DNA from: an uncultured Candidatus Melainabacteria bacterium
GTDB taxonomy: Bacteria > Cyanobacteriota > Vampirovibrionia > Obscuribacterales > Obscuribacteraceae
Assembly (NCBI GenBank): GCA_937879965.1
Contig: CALFMP010000054.1
Coordinates: 148,909-212,908, forward strand
Direction of reading: 5' to 3'
Length of the DNA: 64,000 nt
Part shown: in pieces, positions 26,449 to 35,990 of the stretch
Position numbering within the stretch: the first letter of the stretch is position 1
Layout: the number at the start of each line of letters is the position of its first letter
Program-made: the position numbers and the translations under genes
The notes under the pieces: generated by a model
Told to the model about the DNA's origin: nothing
Databases searched by the model: none
The model's input: only the letters and a program-made list of their open reading frames with translations

Positions 26449-28005
26449 TCAGCGCATCTCTACAGATGCACCGTAGATAAGTCCTTGACCGTACTCAACG
26501 CCGGTCTCTAGAAGTACTTTCTCGTCGTCTTTGGATTTAACTCCATCGGCGATTATGGTGGCATTCATTGAATTAGCGATTGCTACCAGACGCTCTAACT
26601 GTTTCCGCTTCACCGGCTGCGAACCGATGTGCTGTGACACCGCTTGTCCGATCTTTAGTTGATTCGGTTCCAGAATCATCATATGCTCGATGGTGCTGCG
26701 CCCTGAGCCGATATCGTCGAGAAGAATCTGCGCTCCCATTCGCTTTAACTCTACGATGCGCTCCAGCAGACAGGTGGCATCGGCAAACATCTGGCGTCCG
26801 CTAATCTCGATGCAGAGCCCGCCATTGCTCGACATCTCAGAAAACAACGCGGGAAACTCTTCCACAGGGATATCGAGCAGCGTGCCAGGATAGAGATTCA
26901 AATGCACACGTTTTCCTTTCTCACTGCGCTTGGCAGCGGATAACAAAGTGCGCAAACATTTGAGATCGACAGAGGTCAATTGATTTTGTTCTAGCGCCAA
27001 ACGGAAATAGTTTTCCGGCATCTCAAACGGTCCTGCAGGACCGAGACAATACACTTCAGACGCAACTACCGCACCATCGCGCAAACGAACGATAGGCTGT
27101 TTAAACGGGCGAAAATTCTCTGCACCCGAAAGCAACTGAGCGAGTGGTGTACGTTCCTCTTCAGCACTCTTACCTAAATCCGCAGTCGACACGCGGTTCT
27201 TCCCGCCAGACTTGCTATGCTTGAGCCCCATGCGAGCAGCCGTCAAAATCTCTTCAATCGTGCACAATTCTTTGGGCAACATCGTCACACCGAGACTGGA
27301 AGAAACCATTGTCTCTTTGTCACCAGCCTTCACAGGACCATCACAGATCGACAGCCTGACACGCTCTGCAACTTGCAACGCTGTATCAAGATCAACTTCA
27401 GAGAGCAAAATTATAAACTCATCGCCGCCCACCCGCGAAACATAATCTACAGGCCGAACAGCTTTGCGCATGCGCGCTGCCATCTCTTGCAAAACCGCAT
27501 CACCGCCGGCATGTCCAAGTGTTTCATTGACTGATTTGAAATCGTCGCAATCAACAAGTATTGCTGCGTTCTTTTTTCCGGAACGTTTGGCGCGATTCGT
27601 TTCAGTTGAAAGCGCTTTTTCCAAACCACGGCGATTAAGAACGGATGTTAGCGCGTCAGTCTGAACCAACTGACGAAGCTGGCGATTTTTATCCTCAAGC
27701 TCAGTGCCCATGTCGTGCAGCTTCGACTCGTAGTTGCCGAAGTCTTTGAGATTGCGGCGCGACTCAAGAAAAACCCATGCGAGAAGCCCGATTGGTAGCG
27801 GCAAAAGCCCCGCCAGCACAAAGTTTCCGGTAGCAAGTGCGACAACAACCAGGATACCGAGGGCGCCCAACGCTCCAAAGAAGGCATACGCAATCCGCTT
27901 TCTGGTAGCCGCGCCTCGCTGGTCCGACTCCCAGGCAGACTTAATCGACGCCAGTTTAATTGGCTGAGACTCAAGCAGCCCCTGTCTTGGATTCGGCTTG
28001 TCCAT
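26449..28005 (-). CDS. Membrane-anchored GGDEF diguanylate cyclase fused to a degenerate EAL domain
   Basis: Two N-terminal TM helices. GGDEF motif (RVGGDEF) with an RxxD I-site 5 aa upstream (RPVD). EAL-like domain with DDIGSG, but EVY in place of EAL and LKIG in place of the LKID motif. ATG at 28005 preferred over 28050. Confidence 0.85.
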   Translation of the reverse strand: MDKPNPRQGLLESQPIKLASIKSAWESDQRGAATRKRIAYAFFGALGALGILVVVALATGNFVLAGLLPLPIGLLAWVFLESRRNLKDFGNYESKLHDMGTELEDKNRQLRQLVQTDALTSVLNRRGLEKALSTETNRAKRSGKKNAAILVDCDDFKSVNETLGHAGGDAVLQEMAARMRKAVRPVDYVSRVGGDEFIILLSEVDLDTALQVAERVRLSICDGPVKAGDKETMVSSSLGVTMLPKELCTIEEILTAARMGLKHSKSGGKNRVSTADLGKSAEEERTPLAQLLSGAENFRPFKQPIVRLRDGAVVASEVYCLGPAGPFEMPENYFRLALEQNQLTSVDLKCLRTLLSAAKRSEKGKRVHLNLYPGTLLDIPVEEFPALFSEMSSNGGLCIEISGRQMFADATCLLERIVELKRMGAQILLDDIGSGRSTIEHMMILEPNQLKIGQAVSQHIGSQPVKRKQLERLVAIANSMNATIIADGVKSKDDEKVLLETGVEYGQGLIYGASVEMR

Positions 28006-28224
28006 TTGGCTCTTTCGGGCTTTTATAAGACCGCAAAAATACTGCCCCACAATTACTGTTTACCCAGCCTACCGAGAATCTTTCTTCCGAGTTGAGGTTT
28101 CAACAAAAACTCGACAATAAATCAGTTTCTCGAAGGCTAGAAAAGCGGGTACAACTCATATACGAGGTGTCTCAAGGTCCCTAAAACCAGACAACAGACT
28201 TCGCAAATTGAGGTCATTCCCGAC

Positions 28225-30054
28225 TTGACCGACAACTCCTCCAAAAGCGTTGAATCTCAAGAAAAGCACGGTTCCAAACCGGCTGACAAAAGCAGTCAGC
28301 TCGGCGCAGAAAACGCTGCCGTCAACTCCAGTCAAGTCAAAGAAGCACAGGGCAGAAACAACGACATGCCTAGTGGCTCGGCAGGACCGTCACATGGCGG
28401 TTCAATTGAAGTGGACTTGAATAACGGAATAATTGTCTCGCGAAAGAATCCGCTGACAGAAAACCAAGCTCTAAAGAGAGCAAAAGAAAGTGAGGCTGAG
28501 GGTAAAGTTCACCATGAAGCCAAAGCGCTAAAGCGCGACAACAAAGCGAATACGCACATTCTAAAAGTTCTCTCCGACGACCATTCATTGCCAGATGAAA
28601 CAAAGAAGTTCGTTAAGAACGTGCAGGAGATTCGCGAAAATTCGAAAAAGAAGGGGCTATCCACAGCAGCCTTGGATGAAACAGCGGGTGAAATGCTTTC
28701 GCTAGAAATCAGAGATTTGAAGCTGAGGGAGGCGGCACTCGAGAAATATTCCAGAACAGCAGTGTTCCCCAATGAAGTTCGCTTTCCATTGCCGGACATC
28801 AAAACATTCATGCCTGGCTCAATTCCCGGTTTTGTGAGCATAAAGCTCGGCCCCCAAGACGATAAAGCAATCCAGCAAAAATTCAAGGAGCAGCTTGAAA
28901 AACATGATCAAACCAAGCTCAGCGATTTTGATCGTGAGAAGATACACGACATTGCCGTCTGCGATGTTGTACTCCAAAAGTATCAAGACACGTTAACGCA
29001 ACAAGAAATACAGACTGCAAAGCATTTACCCGTGCTGGAGCAGGCAGGCTTTTTATCAAAAGCGGCGTTAATTGATGGCGCTTGTTTAGGTGCAATGAAA
29101 GAGGTTCTGCACAAAGTCATTGCCGAGAACGAAGTCGAGAATCAGATGACAGGTCTCGCAGTGGGGGTGCTTCTAGGCAAAACTATCGGAGCAATCGCAA
29201 CCTCTTCCAATCTTGCTCTTCGAGGCATCGCAACTGTCTTGCAGGCCGGTGGTATCGCATTGGCTGCGGAGCAGATTGCTCAAATTGGGGGCAAGTATGC
29301 TGAAGCATTTACTAAAACAATTCCCGCATTCTGGGAGTTGAGCAAAGATCCAACCGCACGCAGTTTTGAAAGGACGAAACATCTTGTTGAACAAGAGCTT
29401 GGCCCACCGATTGCGGATACGGCACTCTTTGCGGCCGGACTTGCCGCCGGTCATGCAGCCGACCGACTCCTAGGAAAAGTGGCGCGCAAACGCTCTGAAG
29501 AACTCATGCACGGATCTGCAAAGCAAGCTAGTCAGGCTGGAGCCGGAAAATTCTGGGAGACAATTGAACAGAAAACTGCAAAACCACTTGATCGACTCTT
29601 GCCGGGTGACGTCAGAGTCGTCAAACAACATCATAAAAACTCTTGTGTTGCTGCTGTTGGCGATATGCTAACTAACGGAATTAGATCACAATTGGAGTTG
29701 ATAAAGGAATTAAATCAATGTTGGTGGCCGGAATATCTTGCAAAACATCCAGAACCAACGTCTTCACTAGAAAATTTAGGAATGGAATTGAACCGGCAAG
29801 GGACGAAGAAATGGGATTACGTACCTTTAGAACGGAGCGAGAAAAACCTTGAAATACTAATAGAAAGCAACAAAGAGCCATTTGCGGTCACATTGATGGC
29901 AGAGGGCATGCGCTATTCGCATGCTGTGGTCATTGACGGCGCAACAAAAAATGGACTAATAAAAGTCAGGGATCCTGATGGCACCTATTACAAGATGACC
30001 AAAACAGAATTTCTAGACGCTTGGACGGGAGAAACCTTGCAGGCAAGGAAGTAA
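28225..30054 (+). CDS. Large hypothetical protein with a C-terminal papain-fold cysteine peptidase-like domain; candidate secreted effector/toxin
   Basis: TTG start with GAGG upstream. Disordered N-terminus, Gly/Ala-rich hydrophobic middle. C-terminal ~145 aa carry a Cys...His...Asp order (HHKNSCVAAVGD ... RYSHAVVIDG ... VRDPDG). Confidence 0.6.
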   Translation: MTDNSSKSVESQEKHGSKPADKSSQLGAENAAVNSSQVKEAQGRNNDMPSGSAGPSHGGSIEVDLNNGIIVSRKNPLTENQALKRAKESEAEGKVHHEAKALKRDNKANTHILKVLSDDHSLPDETKKFVKNVQEIRENSKKKGLSTAALDETAGEMLSLEIRDLKLREAALEKYSRTAVFPNEVRFPLPDIKTFMPGSIPGFVSIKLGPQDDKAIQQKFKEQLEKHDQTKLSDFDREKIHDIAVCDVVLQKYQDTLTQQEIQTAKHLPVLEQAGFLSKAALIDGACLGAMKEVLHKVIAENEVENQMTGLAVGVLLGKTIGAIATSSNLALRGIATVLQAGGIALAAEQIAQIGGKYAEAFTKTIPAFWELSKDPTARSFERTKHLVEQELGPPIADTALFAAGLAAGHAADRLLGKVARKRSEELMHGSAKQASQAGAGKFWETIEQKTAKPLDRLLPGDVRVVKQHHKNSCVAAVGDMLTNGIRSQLELIKELNQCWWPEYLAKHPEPTSSLENLGMELNRQGTKKWDYVPLERSEKNLEILIESNKEPFAVTLMAEGMRYSHAVVIDGATKNGLIKVRDPDGTYYKMTKTEFLDAWTGETLQARK

Positions 30055-30057
30055 TAA

Positions 30058-30663
30058 ATGATTCGCATACAACCTCTATCCATCAGTGCAAACGGCAAAG
30101 ATACGTATGTCGTACGCTTCAAGCGATTAGCATCCGAACATCCAGAATGTGGGGTTGGTCCATTTGAAAAACCCGATGGCTTCGTCGAGTATCCATTTAA
30201 GCTTGAAACACTCCCGGATGGATTTAGAAGTTGGAGTGGTCCCAAGCAGTTTGATTGGGATACTCATGATGATTACACTGGTGCTATGTGGCTCAGAAAC
30301 TCAGTCCTCTTCCTAGATTTAGCAAGGATAGATGGACAAAAATCTCACTCCGATGAAACCGGTGAGCCCGTTGAAATAATCGTTAGCGCACTAAACGACA
30401 ATCTAGAACACACCTACTTGGTAGGTTTTGAATCTGATGGATCCGCAATCCAATTGCCATTCGTTGTATCCGGAGATGATCAGCAACTGACCATCCGCTG
30501 GAAGGAAAACTCATACCAAGCCAGCAGAGGAAACCAATGGAAACTGATAGGTAAAGCCAATTCGGAACCAGAAGAAAACCTTGTGCTCGCTATCGCTATG
30601 CTTCATGCCGCACGCAATTTCATATACGGACCCGACAAGGAAAGAGAGTCATCGGCGACATAG
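30058..30663 (+). CDS. Hypothetical protein; candidate cognate immunity/partner of the upstream effector
   Basis: 201-aa ORF starting 3 nt after the upstream stop. No signal peptide and no recognised family. Confidence 0.5.
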   Translation: MIRIQPLSISANGKDTYVVRFKRLASEHPECGVGPFEKPDGFVEYPFKLETLPDGFRSWSGPKQFDWDTHDDYTGAMWLRNSVLFLDLARIDGQKSHSDETGEPVEIIVSALNDNLEHTYLVGFESDGSAIQLPFVVSGDDQQLTIRWKENSYQASRGNQWKLIGKANSEPEENLVLAIAMLHAARNFIYGPDKERESSAT

Positions 30664-30717
30664 GGTTACGACAGAACGACTAGAGCTTCGACAAACGATC
30701 CGCAATCGAACTGATGG

Positions 30718-31656
30718 CTACTTCCGATCGATACTGGAAAATCCGGCTGTTTCAACCAACTTCTGACCTTCGTCGCTTAAGCAGAAATCGACAAACTTCT
30801 GAGCGGATGGCTTGGGGTCTTGATCCATAAACATGAACAGCGGGCGACTCAAAGGATAACCCCCAATCGCGGTCGCGGCGGTGGCACCAACTGCGGTACC
30901 ACCATTGATCAATTGCAACTTCAAAGATTTCACTTTGCCCGGCGCTTCACTCAAAGCACCCATGCCTGCATATCCGATCGCATTCTTGTTGTTCGCAATC
31001 GAATCCATCATCGTCTCGATGGAAGGAACAGTCGTAGCCGTTTTTGACATCTTTGATCGTTTCAATACATGCGATAAAAAGAATTTGCTTGTGCCTGAGC
31101 CCTCTTCGCGAATAATGATATCAATCTCGCCGTCGCTTCCGCCCAACTTCGACCAGTTAGTTGTCTCCCCTGCGAACACGGACTTCAACTCTTCCATGGT
31201 CATGTCGTTGACTGGATTTTCGGCATTGACAATGACTGCTACGGAGTCGCGGGCAACAGGGATTTTTTTCAAGCGAACTTTGTGTTTGTGAGCCAATACA
31301 ACTTCCTCGTCAGAAAGATCCCGAGAGGCTGAAGCAAGGTCGGTAGTTCGGCTAATCAAAGCCGCTATGCCCTGAGAGGTATCGCCTTTGTTGATGGATA
31401 CCGGCACATCAGGGTTTCTCTTCATAAACTCGTCCGCCCAGACCTTGAGCAAATCGCCCATCGTGTCAGATCCTTCGACCGAAACCATCGGTGTCAGTTT
31501 GCGCGGATCAGGCTGCTGGGGCTGTTGGCAGCCGGAAATGAATGGTATGGACGCGAGAACAACGAGCAAAGGGAGGCTCAAATACAGAGATTTGAGAAAA
31601 TGCTTTGCTCGCACACGGTCTGACGGAGGGAACTGTCCGAATTCCATAAGCCCCAT
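30718..31656 (-). CDS. PstS-family phosphate-binding lipoprotein (ABC substrate-binding protein)
   Basis: Lipobox (FISGC). PBP-like-2 pattern GSDTMGDLL...W...F, GDTSQGIAAL, ASRDLSDEE, EGSGT. No pstCAB genes adjacent. Confidence 0.8.
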   Translation of the reverse strand: MGLMEFGQFPPSDRVRAKHFLKSLYLSLPLLVVLASIPFISGCQQPQQPDPRKLTPMVSVEGSDTMGDLLKVWADEFMKRNPDVPVSINKGDTSQGIAALISRTTDLASASRDLSDEEVVLAHKHKVRLKKIPVARDSVAVIVNAENPVNDMTMEELKSVFAGETTNWSKLGGSDGEIDIIIREEGSGTSKFFLSHVLKRSKMSKTATTVPSIETMMDSIANNKNAIGYAGMGALSEAPGKVKSLKLQLINGGTAVGATAATAIGGYPLSRPLFMFMDQDPKPSAQKFVDFCLSDEGQKLVETAGFSSIDRK

Positions 31657-31850
31657 TCTTCAAATTCGGCAATAGTCACGGGATTCCTTCTTCGGCTATT
31701 AGATAGCCAAGAAGAATGTAATCCCAAAAACCTTTCATGGCGCATTTATCGATGCAGAGTAGAACAAATATTCACTGAAGCAGAACGGCCTCCCGTTAGT
31801 TCGGGAAGCCGTCGCTTGAATTTTCGACTTTGGGTTATCAGAAGCGCGAT

Positions 31851-32048
31851 TTAGAAGTCTTCTTCTTCGTCGCCCTCGTCTTCCCAGACTTCTTCGGTTG
31901 TAGCCACACCAGCAGCGATAAAGAAATCGCTTGTGCATTTGGCGGCAGTGTCGGGGGAAACGCCGACGTCTTTCAAGGTTTTAATCCAGTGAACCATTTC
32001 ATCCAAAATGGAAGTATCCACAGAAGTTTCAGTTTCAGCGGTTGGCAT
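31851..32048 (-). CDS. Hypothetical small acidic protein
   Basis: 65-aa ORF with a very acidic C-terminus (WEDEGDEEEDF). Coding status uncertain. Confidence 0.35.
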   Translation of the reverse strand: MPTAETETSVDTSILDEMVHWIKTLKDVGVSPDTAAKCTSDFFIAAGVATTEEVWEDEGDEEEDF

Positions 32049-32179
32049 GCCAAATATCTCCGTTGTGCTGCGACAAGTTGGCAGATCCTAGCCAGCTTGG
32101 CTGAGAATTTATAGGCCAAGCATTTAATTCATCTTGCGGCTTGCAGTAGTACAGGTCTTGATGAACGCCGCCAGACGCG

Positions 32180-32773
32180 TTAGGAGCGTTTGGCGTCACT
32201 TTGAGAAAGCCGCTTAAGCCTTCTCAAAAATGCCGGGTCAACCAGGCAAACGCCGTCCTGACAGCTGCTTCCGGCAATGCTGCCAAGCAATTCCGCCTCA
32301 TCGGTAGACAACATGCCGGATTGCGAGATATTTCCTTGCGCCTGCCTCTGATTGGAAGCGTCAAGCACAATTCGAGCAATTCCCGGGTCCAGCCAAACGG
32401 AGCCAACCCTTACCGAGCGGATTGCCACTTCCAGATTTGCTGCCAAATCACCCTTCAGTACGTAGCCATCAGCTCCTGCGTCGAGAGAAGCAAAGATGTC
32501 GCGCGCGTCATCGCTTGAAGTGAGCATTAAAACCTTACAACAGGGCAATTCCGCCTTCACCCTGCGAGTGACTTCGATGCCGTTAATGCGCGGAAGACCA
32601 ATGTCGACGAGCGCAACAGCGGGCGAAAGGTCAAGAATAGATTCGACTGCAGCGTTTCCGTCTTCAGCTTCGCCGACCAATTCGAAGTCTTCGAATTTTT
32701 TCAAAAAATGACGCAGGCAAGTGCGAACGACTCGATCGTCGTCGACGAAAAAGACTCTCGTCTGTGTACTCAT
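32180..32773 (-). CDS. Response regulator, NarL-like receiver with an atypical short C-terminal region
   Basis: Receiver motifs VFFVDDD, ALVDIGLP, MLTSSDD, DAGADGYVLKG. The C-terminal ~60 aa lack a recognisable LuxR-type HTH. ATG at 32773 preferred over GTG at 32794. Confidence 0.8.
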   Translation of the reverse strand: MSTQTRVFFVDDDRVVRTCLRHFLKKFEDFELVGEAEDGNAAVESILDLSPAVALVDIGLPRINGIEVTRRVKAELPCCKVLMLTSSDDARDIFASLDAGADGYVLKGDLAANLEVAIRSVRVGSVWLDPGIARIVLDASNQRQAQGNISQSGMLSTDEAELLGSIAGSSCQDGVCLVDPAFLRRLKRLSQSDAKRS

Positions 32774-32881
32774 TTCGCTGCAACCTTTGCCCACACATCT
32801 GATAGTCGTATTTTAGCAGCACACTTTAGAGTAGGCGGAAAGCATCTTATCTGCAATTCTCTACCTTACAAATGGCACTTT

Positions 32882-33832
32882 TCAATCGTATGCCAACTTC
32901 ATTGCTTGAGTTCCGCGCGCACCATTAGCGCCACCACTATCAGATCCATTATCTTCGCCGACTTTCTTGAACAATTCCTGCGCAAGCTTCGTGCCGGGCA
33001 AAGAGTCGCTGTTTCCATCAATGTTTTCAAAGACGAGCCGCAAATCTTTGAGCATATGCTTCAATGCAAATCCAGGGGCAAAATCATCTTTCAAGATTCT
33101 CGGACCCAAGTTGGATAACGCCCAAGAACCACCAGCTCCCGCCGAAAGTACGTCAACCACAAAGTTTTCGTCCACTCCCAAACGTTTCGCTAATTGCAAC
33201 GCTTCGCATACGGAAATCATATTTACAGCGCAGAGAATTTGATTGCAGAGTTTCAATGCCTGCCCTGCCCCTGAAGGTCCGCACAGTTTGACGTTTTTAC
33301 CCATTTTTTCCAATGCCGGCAATGCTTTCTGAAACGCAGTTTCATCACCGCCTACCATTATTGTCAAAGTTCCATTGCGAGCACCAACATCTCCGCCAGT
33401 AACCGGCGCATCGAGAAAGTACATCCCCTTTGCTTTCAACGAGTCGTAAATGCGCTTAGCCGCATCGGGACCAATCGTAGAAAAATCAGCAATGACCGCT
33501 CCGTTCGGCGCGTAGTCACAAACTCCACCCTTCTCTATCAAAACCTGTTCGACATCCCCGACGTCACCAAGACAAGTGAAAATTACCGCGGCATCTTTCA
33601 CTGCATCTTCAATCGTCTTCTCGACTTTTCCGCCAGCCGCAATCAACGCGGCGGCGCCGGGCTTGCCGGGTGTTCGATTCCAGCCAACCACGTTCAGTCC
33701 GGCTTTGGCGAGATTGACGGCCATCGCCTCACCCATCAAACCTAGCCCCAGGTATGCGATTTTGTCGTTACCCACGCGATTAGAACCAGAGTTATGCTCC
33801 GAGTTTTCAATTCCCTTGCTCAAGTGATTCAC
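32882..33832 (-). CDS. NAD(P)-dependent beta-hydroxyacid dehydrogenase (3-hydroxyisobutyrate / 6-phosphogluconate dehydrogenase family)
   Basis: Rossmann motif IAYLGLGLMGEAMAVNL, DAPVTGG, and the family C-terminal helical domain (LKHMLKDLRL). Confidence 0.85.
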   Translation of the reverse strand: MNHLSKGIENSEHNSGSNRVGNDKIAYLGLGLMGEAMAVNLAKAGLNVVGWNRTPGKPGAAALIAAGGKVEKTIEDAVKDAAVIFTCLGDVGDVEQVLIEKGGVCDYAPNGAVIADFSTIGPDAAKRIYDSLKAKGMYFLDAPVTGGDVGARNGTLTIMVGGDETAFQKALPALEKMGKNVKLCGPSGAGQALKLCNQILCAVNMISVCEALQLAKRLGVDENFVVDVLSAGAGGSWALSNLGPRILKDDFAPGFALKHMLKDLRLVFENIDGNSDSLPGTKLAQELFKKVGEDNGSDSGGANGARGTQAMKLAYD

Positions 33833-33996
33833 CTGCCGCGATTTCGACCATACGAATATAAAAGTTCAATTTTGCCAGATTAACTAATTGCTGAACCCTT
33901 GGAAAACGTACAATTTACAGGATCGGCACAGGGAACCTAATTTTTCCCAGGGCATCTTTTGATAAGTACGCGTTCTCTCGGAAACGGAAGTGTCTC

Positions 33997-34512
33997 ATGA
34001 AGAAAAGTCTTGGTCTTCTGGCTACGTTGGCGATTTGTTCTTTTAATGCGAATGCGGCATTCTGCCAGGCGCCGTCTGACGGTGTCACGGGGAAAGTCGA
34101 AATCACCGCGCCTGCGCAAGCGGTATGGGATGCGGTGCACCACGAACGTCAATCAGATCCGGATCTCAGCTACAGCAAAGTTGTCGAACAAAAGGGCAAT
34201 CGCATCTTGCTCGAGCAAAAGTTCAACTCAATACCTATAGTTGGCGAAGCAACCTGCCTTTTGGTCCAGGAAGAAACACCACTCAAGCGCATTGATTACA
34301 AGATGGTGCGCTCTGATAAATTCAAAGAGATGTGGGGCAGCTGGGTAATTGAAGAAAACCCGAACGGCGTCAGCCTCTCGCTGCACTCAGTGTTGGACAC
34401 CGGACTTCCGTACGCACAGAGCGTCACCAATCAATTCCTCAAAGGCAAGATTGACGCTCGCCTCAACAGAGTTAAAACAGCAGCAGAAAAACTGGCTCAA
34501 AAGCCGCAGTAG
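33997..34512 (+). CDS. Secreted SRPBCC-fold (polyketide cyclase/START-like) protein
   Basis: Signal peptide (LLATLAICSFNANA). The pattern VEITAPAQAVWDAVHH...W is typical of the SRPBCC N-terminal strand-helix. Confidence 0.65.
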   Translation: MKKSLGLLATLAICSFNANAAFCQAPSDGVTGKVEITAPAQAVWDAVHHERQSDPDLSYSKVVEQKGNRILLEQKFNSIPIVGEATCLLVQEETPLKRIDYKMVRSDKFKEMWGSWVIEENPNGVSLSLHSVLDTGLPYAQSVTNQFLKGKIDARLNRVKTAAEKLAQKPQ

Positions 34513-34614
34513 AACTCGACCCCTTCAATCCGGGACGTGTTGCCGAGCCTTTGGTAGAATCATGAGCTTGGTCGCGCCCGGGACGTAAATCAGACTCCAG
34601 AAAGAGAGGCTTTT

Positions 34615-35292
34615 ATGAAGAGTGCGTTGAAGGCATCCGTTATGGTCGCCGTGTGCTCCTCGCTGCTCGGCACAAGCGCTTTTGCGCAGTCGATTCTAAA
34701 CCAGAGCAAAGACGATTTACTCAAAGATTTTGATGTGGGCAAGTCGCTAACAGCGCCGCCAGGCCCGCAGTTTTCAGGCACCGCCAATCCGCCGCCGCCA
34801 GCTACTTGGGCTCCGAAAACCCCGCCTGGTGCCGCTGCACAAAGCCAGCCAGCCCCGGCGCCGCAGAGCCAGGCCGGTTCAAGACCTCAAACTCAGCCCG
34901 GTTTAGCGACACATGGAGCATCCGCACCCCCTTCGACTCAACCGCTAAGTCCGCAAGCGGCAGGACTGATCGGAAACTACACGCAAGGACCTGATCAAAA
35001 CCCGCAGCAAAAACGATTACTGCAGCGCATCATTGAAGGAGCTATGAATGCAGTAAACGTTTCGAACTCAGAAGCAAATGGAACCCACGTGAAAGTGCCA
35101 TTTGTGGACGTCAACGTGGGCGGGCCTGATGGCGTGAGAGTGAAGGCACCCTTCGTCAAGTACAATTGCGATGAAGGCGCACAAGTCAAAGCGCCATTCG
35201 TCAAGTACAACAGTGCTGACGGTGCAAAAATCAAAGCACCATTTGTGAACATCAATCAACCAAGTTCAAATCAAGATAGCTCACTGAAGTAA
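34615..35292 (+). CDS. Secreted Pro/Gln-rich protein with tandem VKAPFV(K/N)(Y/I)N repeats
   Basis: Signal peptide, P/Q/A-rich spacer, then 4-5 repeats (VKVPFVDVN, VKAPFVKYN x2, IKAPFVNIN). Confidence 0.6.
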   Translation: MKSALKASVMVAVCSSLLGTSAFAQSILNQSKDDLLKDFDVGKSLTAPPGPQFSGTANPPPPATWAPKTPPGAAAQSQPAPAPQSQAGSRPQTQPGLATHGASAPPSTQPLSPQAAGLIGNYTQGPDQNPQQKRLLQRIIEGAMNAVNVSNSEANGTHVKVPFVDVNVGGPDGVRVKAPFVKYNCDEGAQVKAPFVKYNSADGAKIKAPFVNINQPSSNQDSSLK

Positions 35293-35990
35293 GTTGTAGC
35301 AAGCGACGTCGAATAGTATTCGCCACAAATTTCGCGCCCATACCTGGCACCGCATTTAGTACCAGCAGCGAAATGAGGTGAATCGGCAATAGGCTTAGGA
35401 GGAAAAGAGCAGAATTTCAAATGGAGGGAGAGGCATGAGCTTTACCGATCAGGAAGCATGCGCCCTTCCCACAAAATGTTCGCTCCCGTAAGATTTCCAA
35501 ATTAAGGCCTATATTTCTACATATGAGCTTATGTCCAATTTGGGCTTTAACTCGTATAGATCTCCTCGGACCATAAACCCTTCACCAAATAGCACAGGAT
35601 TTTAAGCGCTCCACGGCGTTTAACGACTCCAACACAACTGAAGTCTAGGGTGTTAAGCACCTTCAGCGCTTCAAAAGTGCCGTGGGCGAGGTTTATCGCA
35701 TCCGGAATACCATGTCCGTTTTCTGCCAAAAGTGACCGCTATCATGTCCGCAATGCCCCAAATGGTGGGGGTTTTCTACGAAAGAGGGTGCGGGTTATAC
35801 GTAGTAAAAACCCAACAAACGCCCAAAATTCGAACCACTCAAAATCAGACACCCCAATCTGCGCAAGACTTTAGGGATATTAATGAATCCGAAATCAAGC
35901 CTGAGAAGCGACCCAAAAATCAGCGGGATTAATTTGCTAATGCCGCAATGGCGCTGTTATAAATGGCTCAGTCCCTCTTGCTCCCGCAAA

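Noticed and set aside
35293-35990. Hidden gene or mobile-element remnant in the 700-nt gap
   Set aside because: There are only 60-74-aa ORFs with no recognisable motifs, no inverted repeats and no transposase fragments. It is left unannotated and mentioned under the repeat-protein finding.
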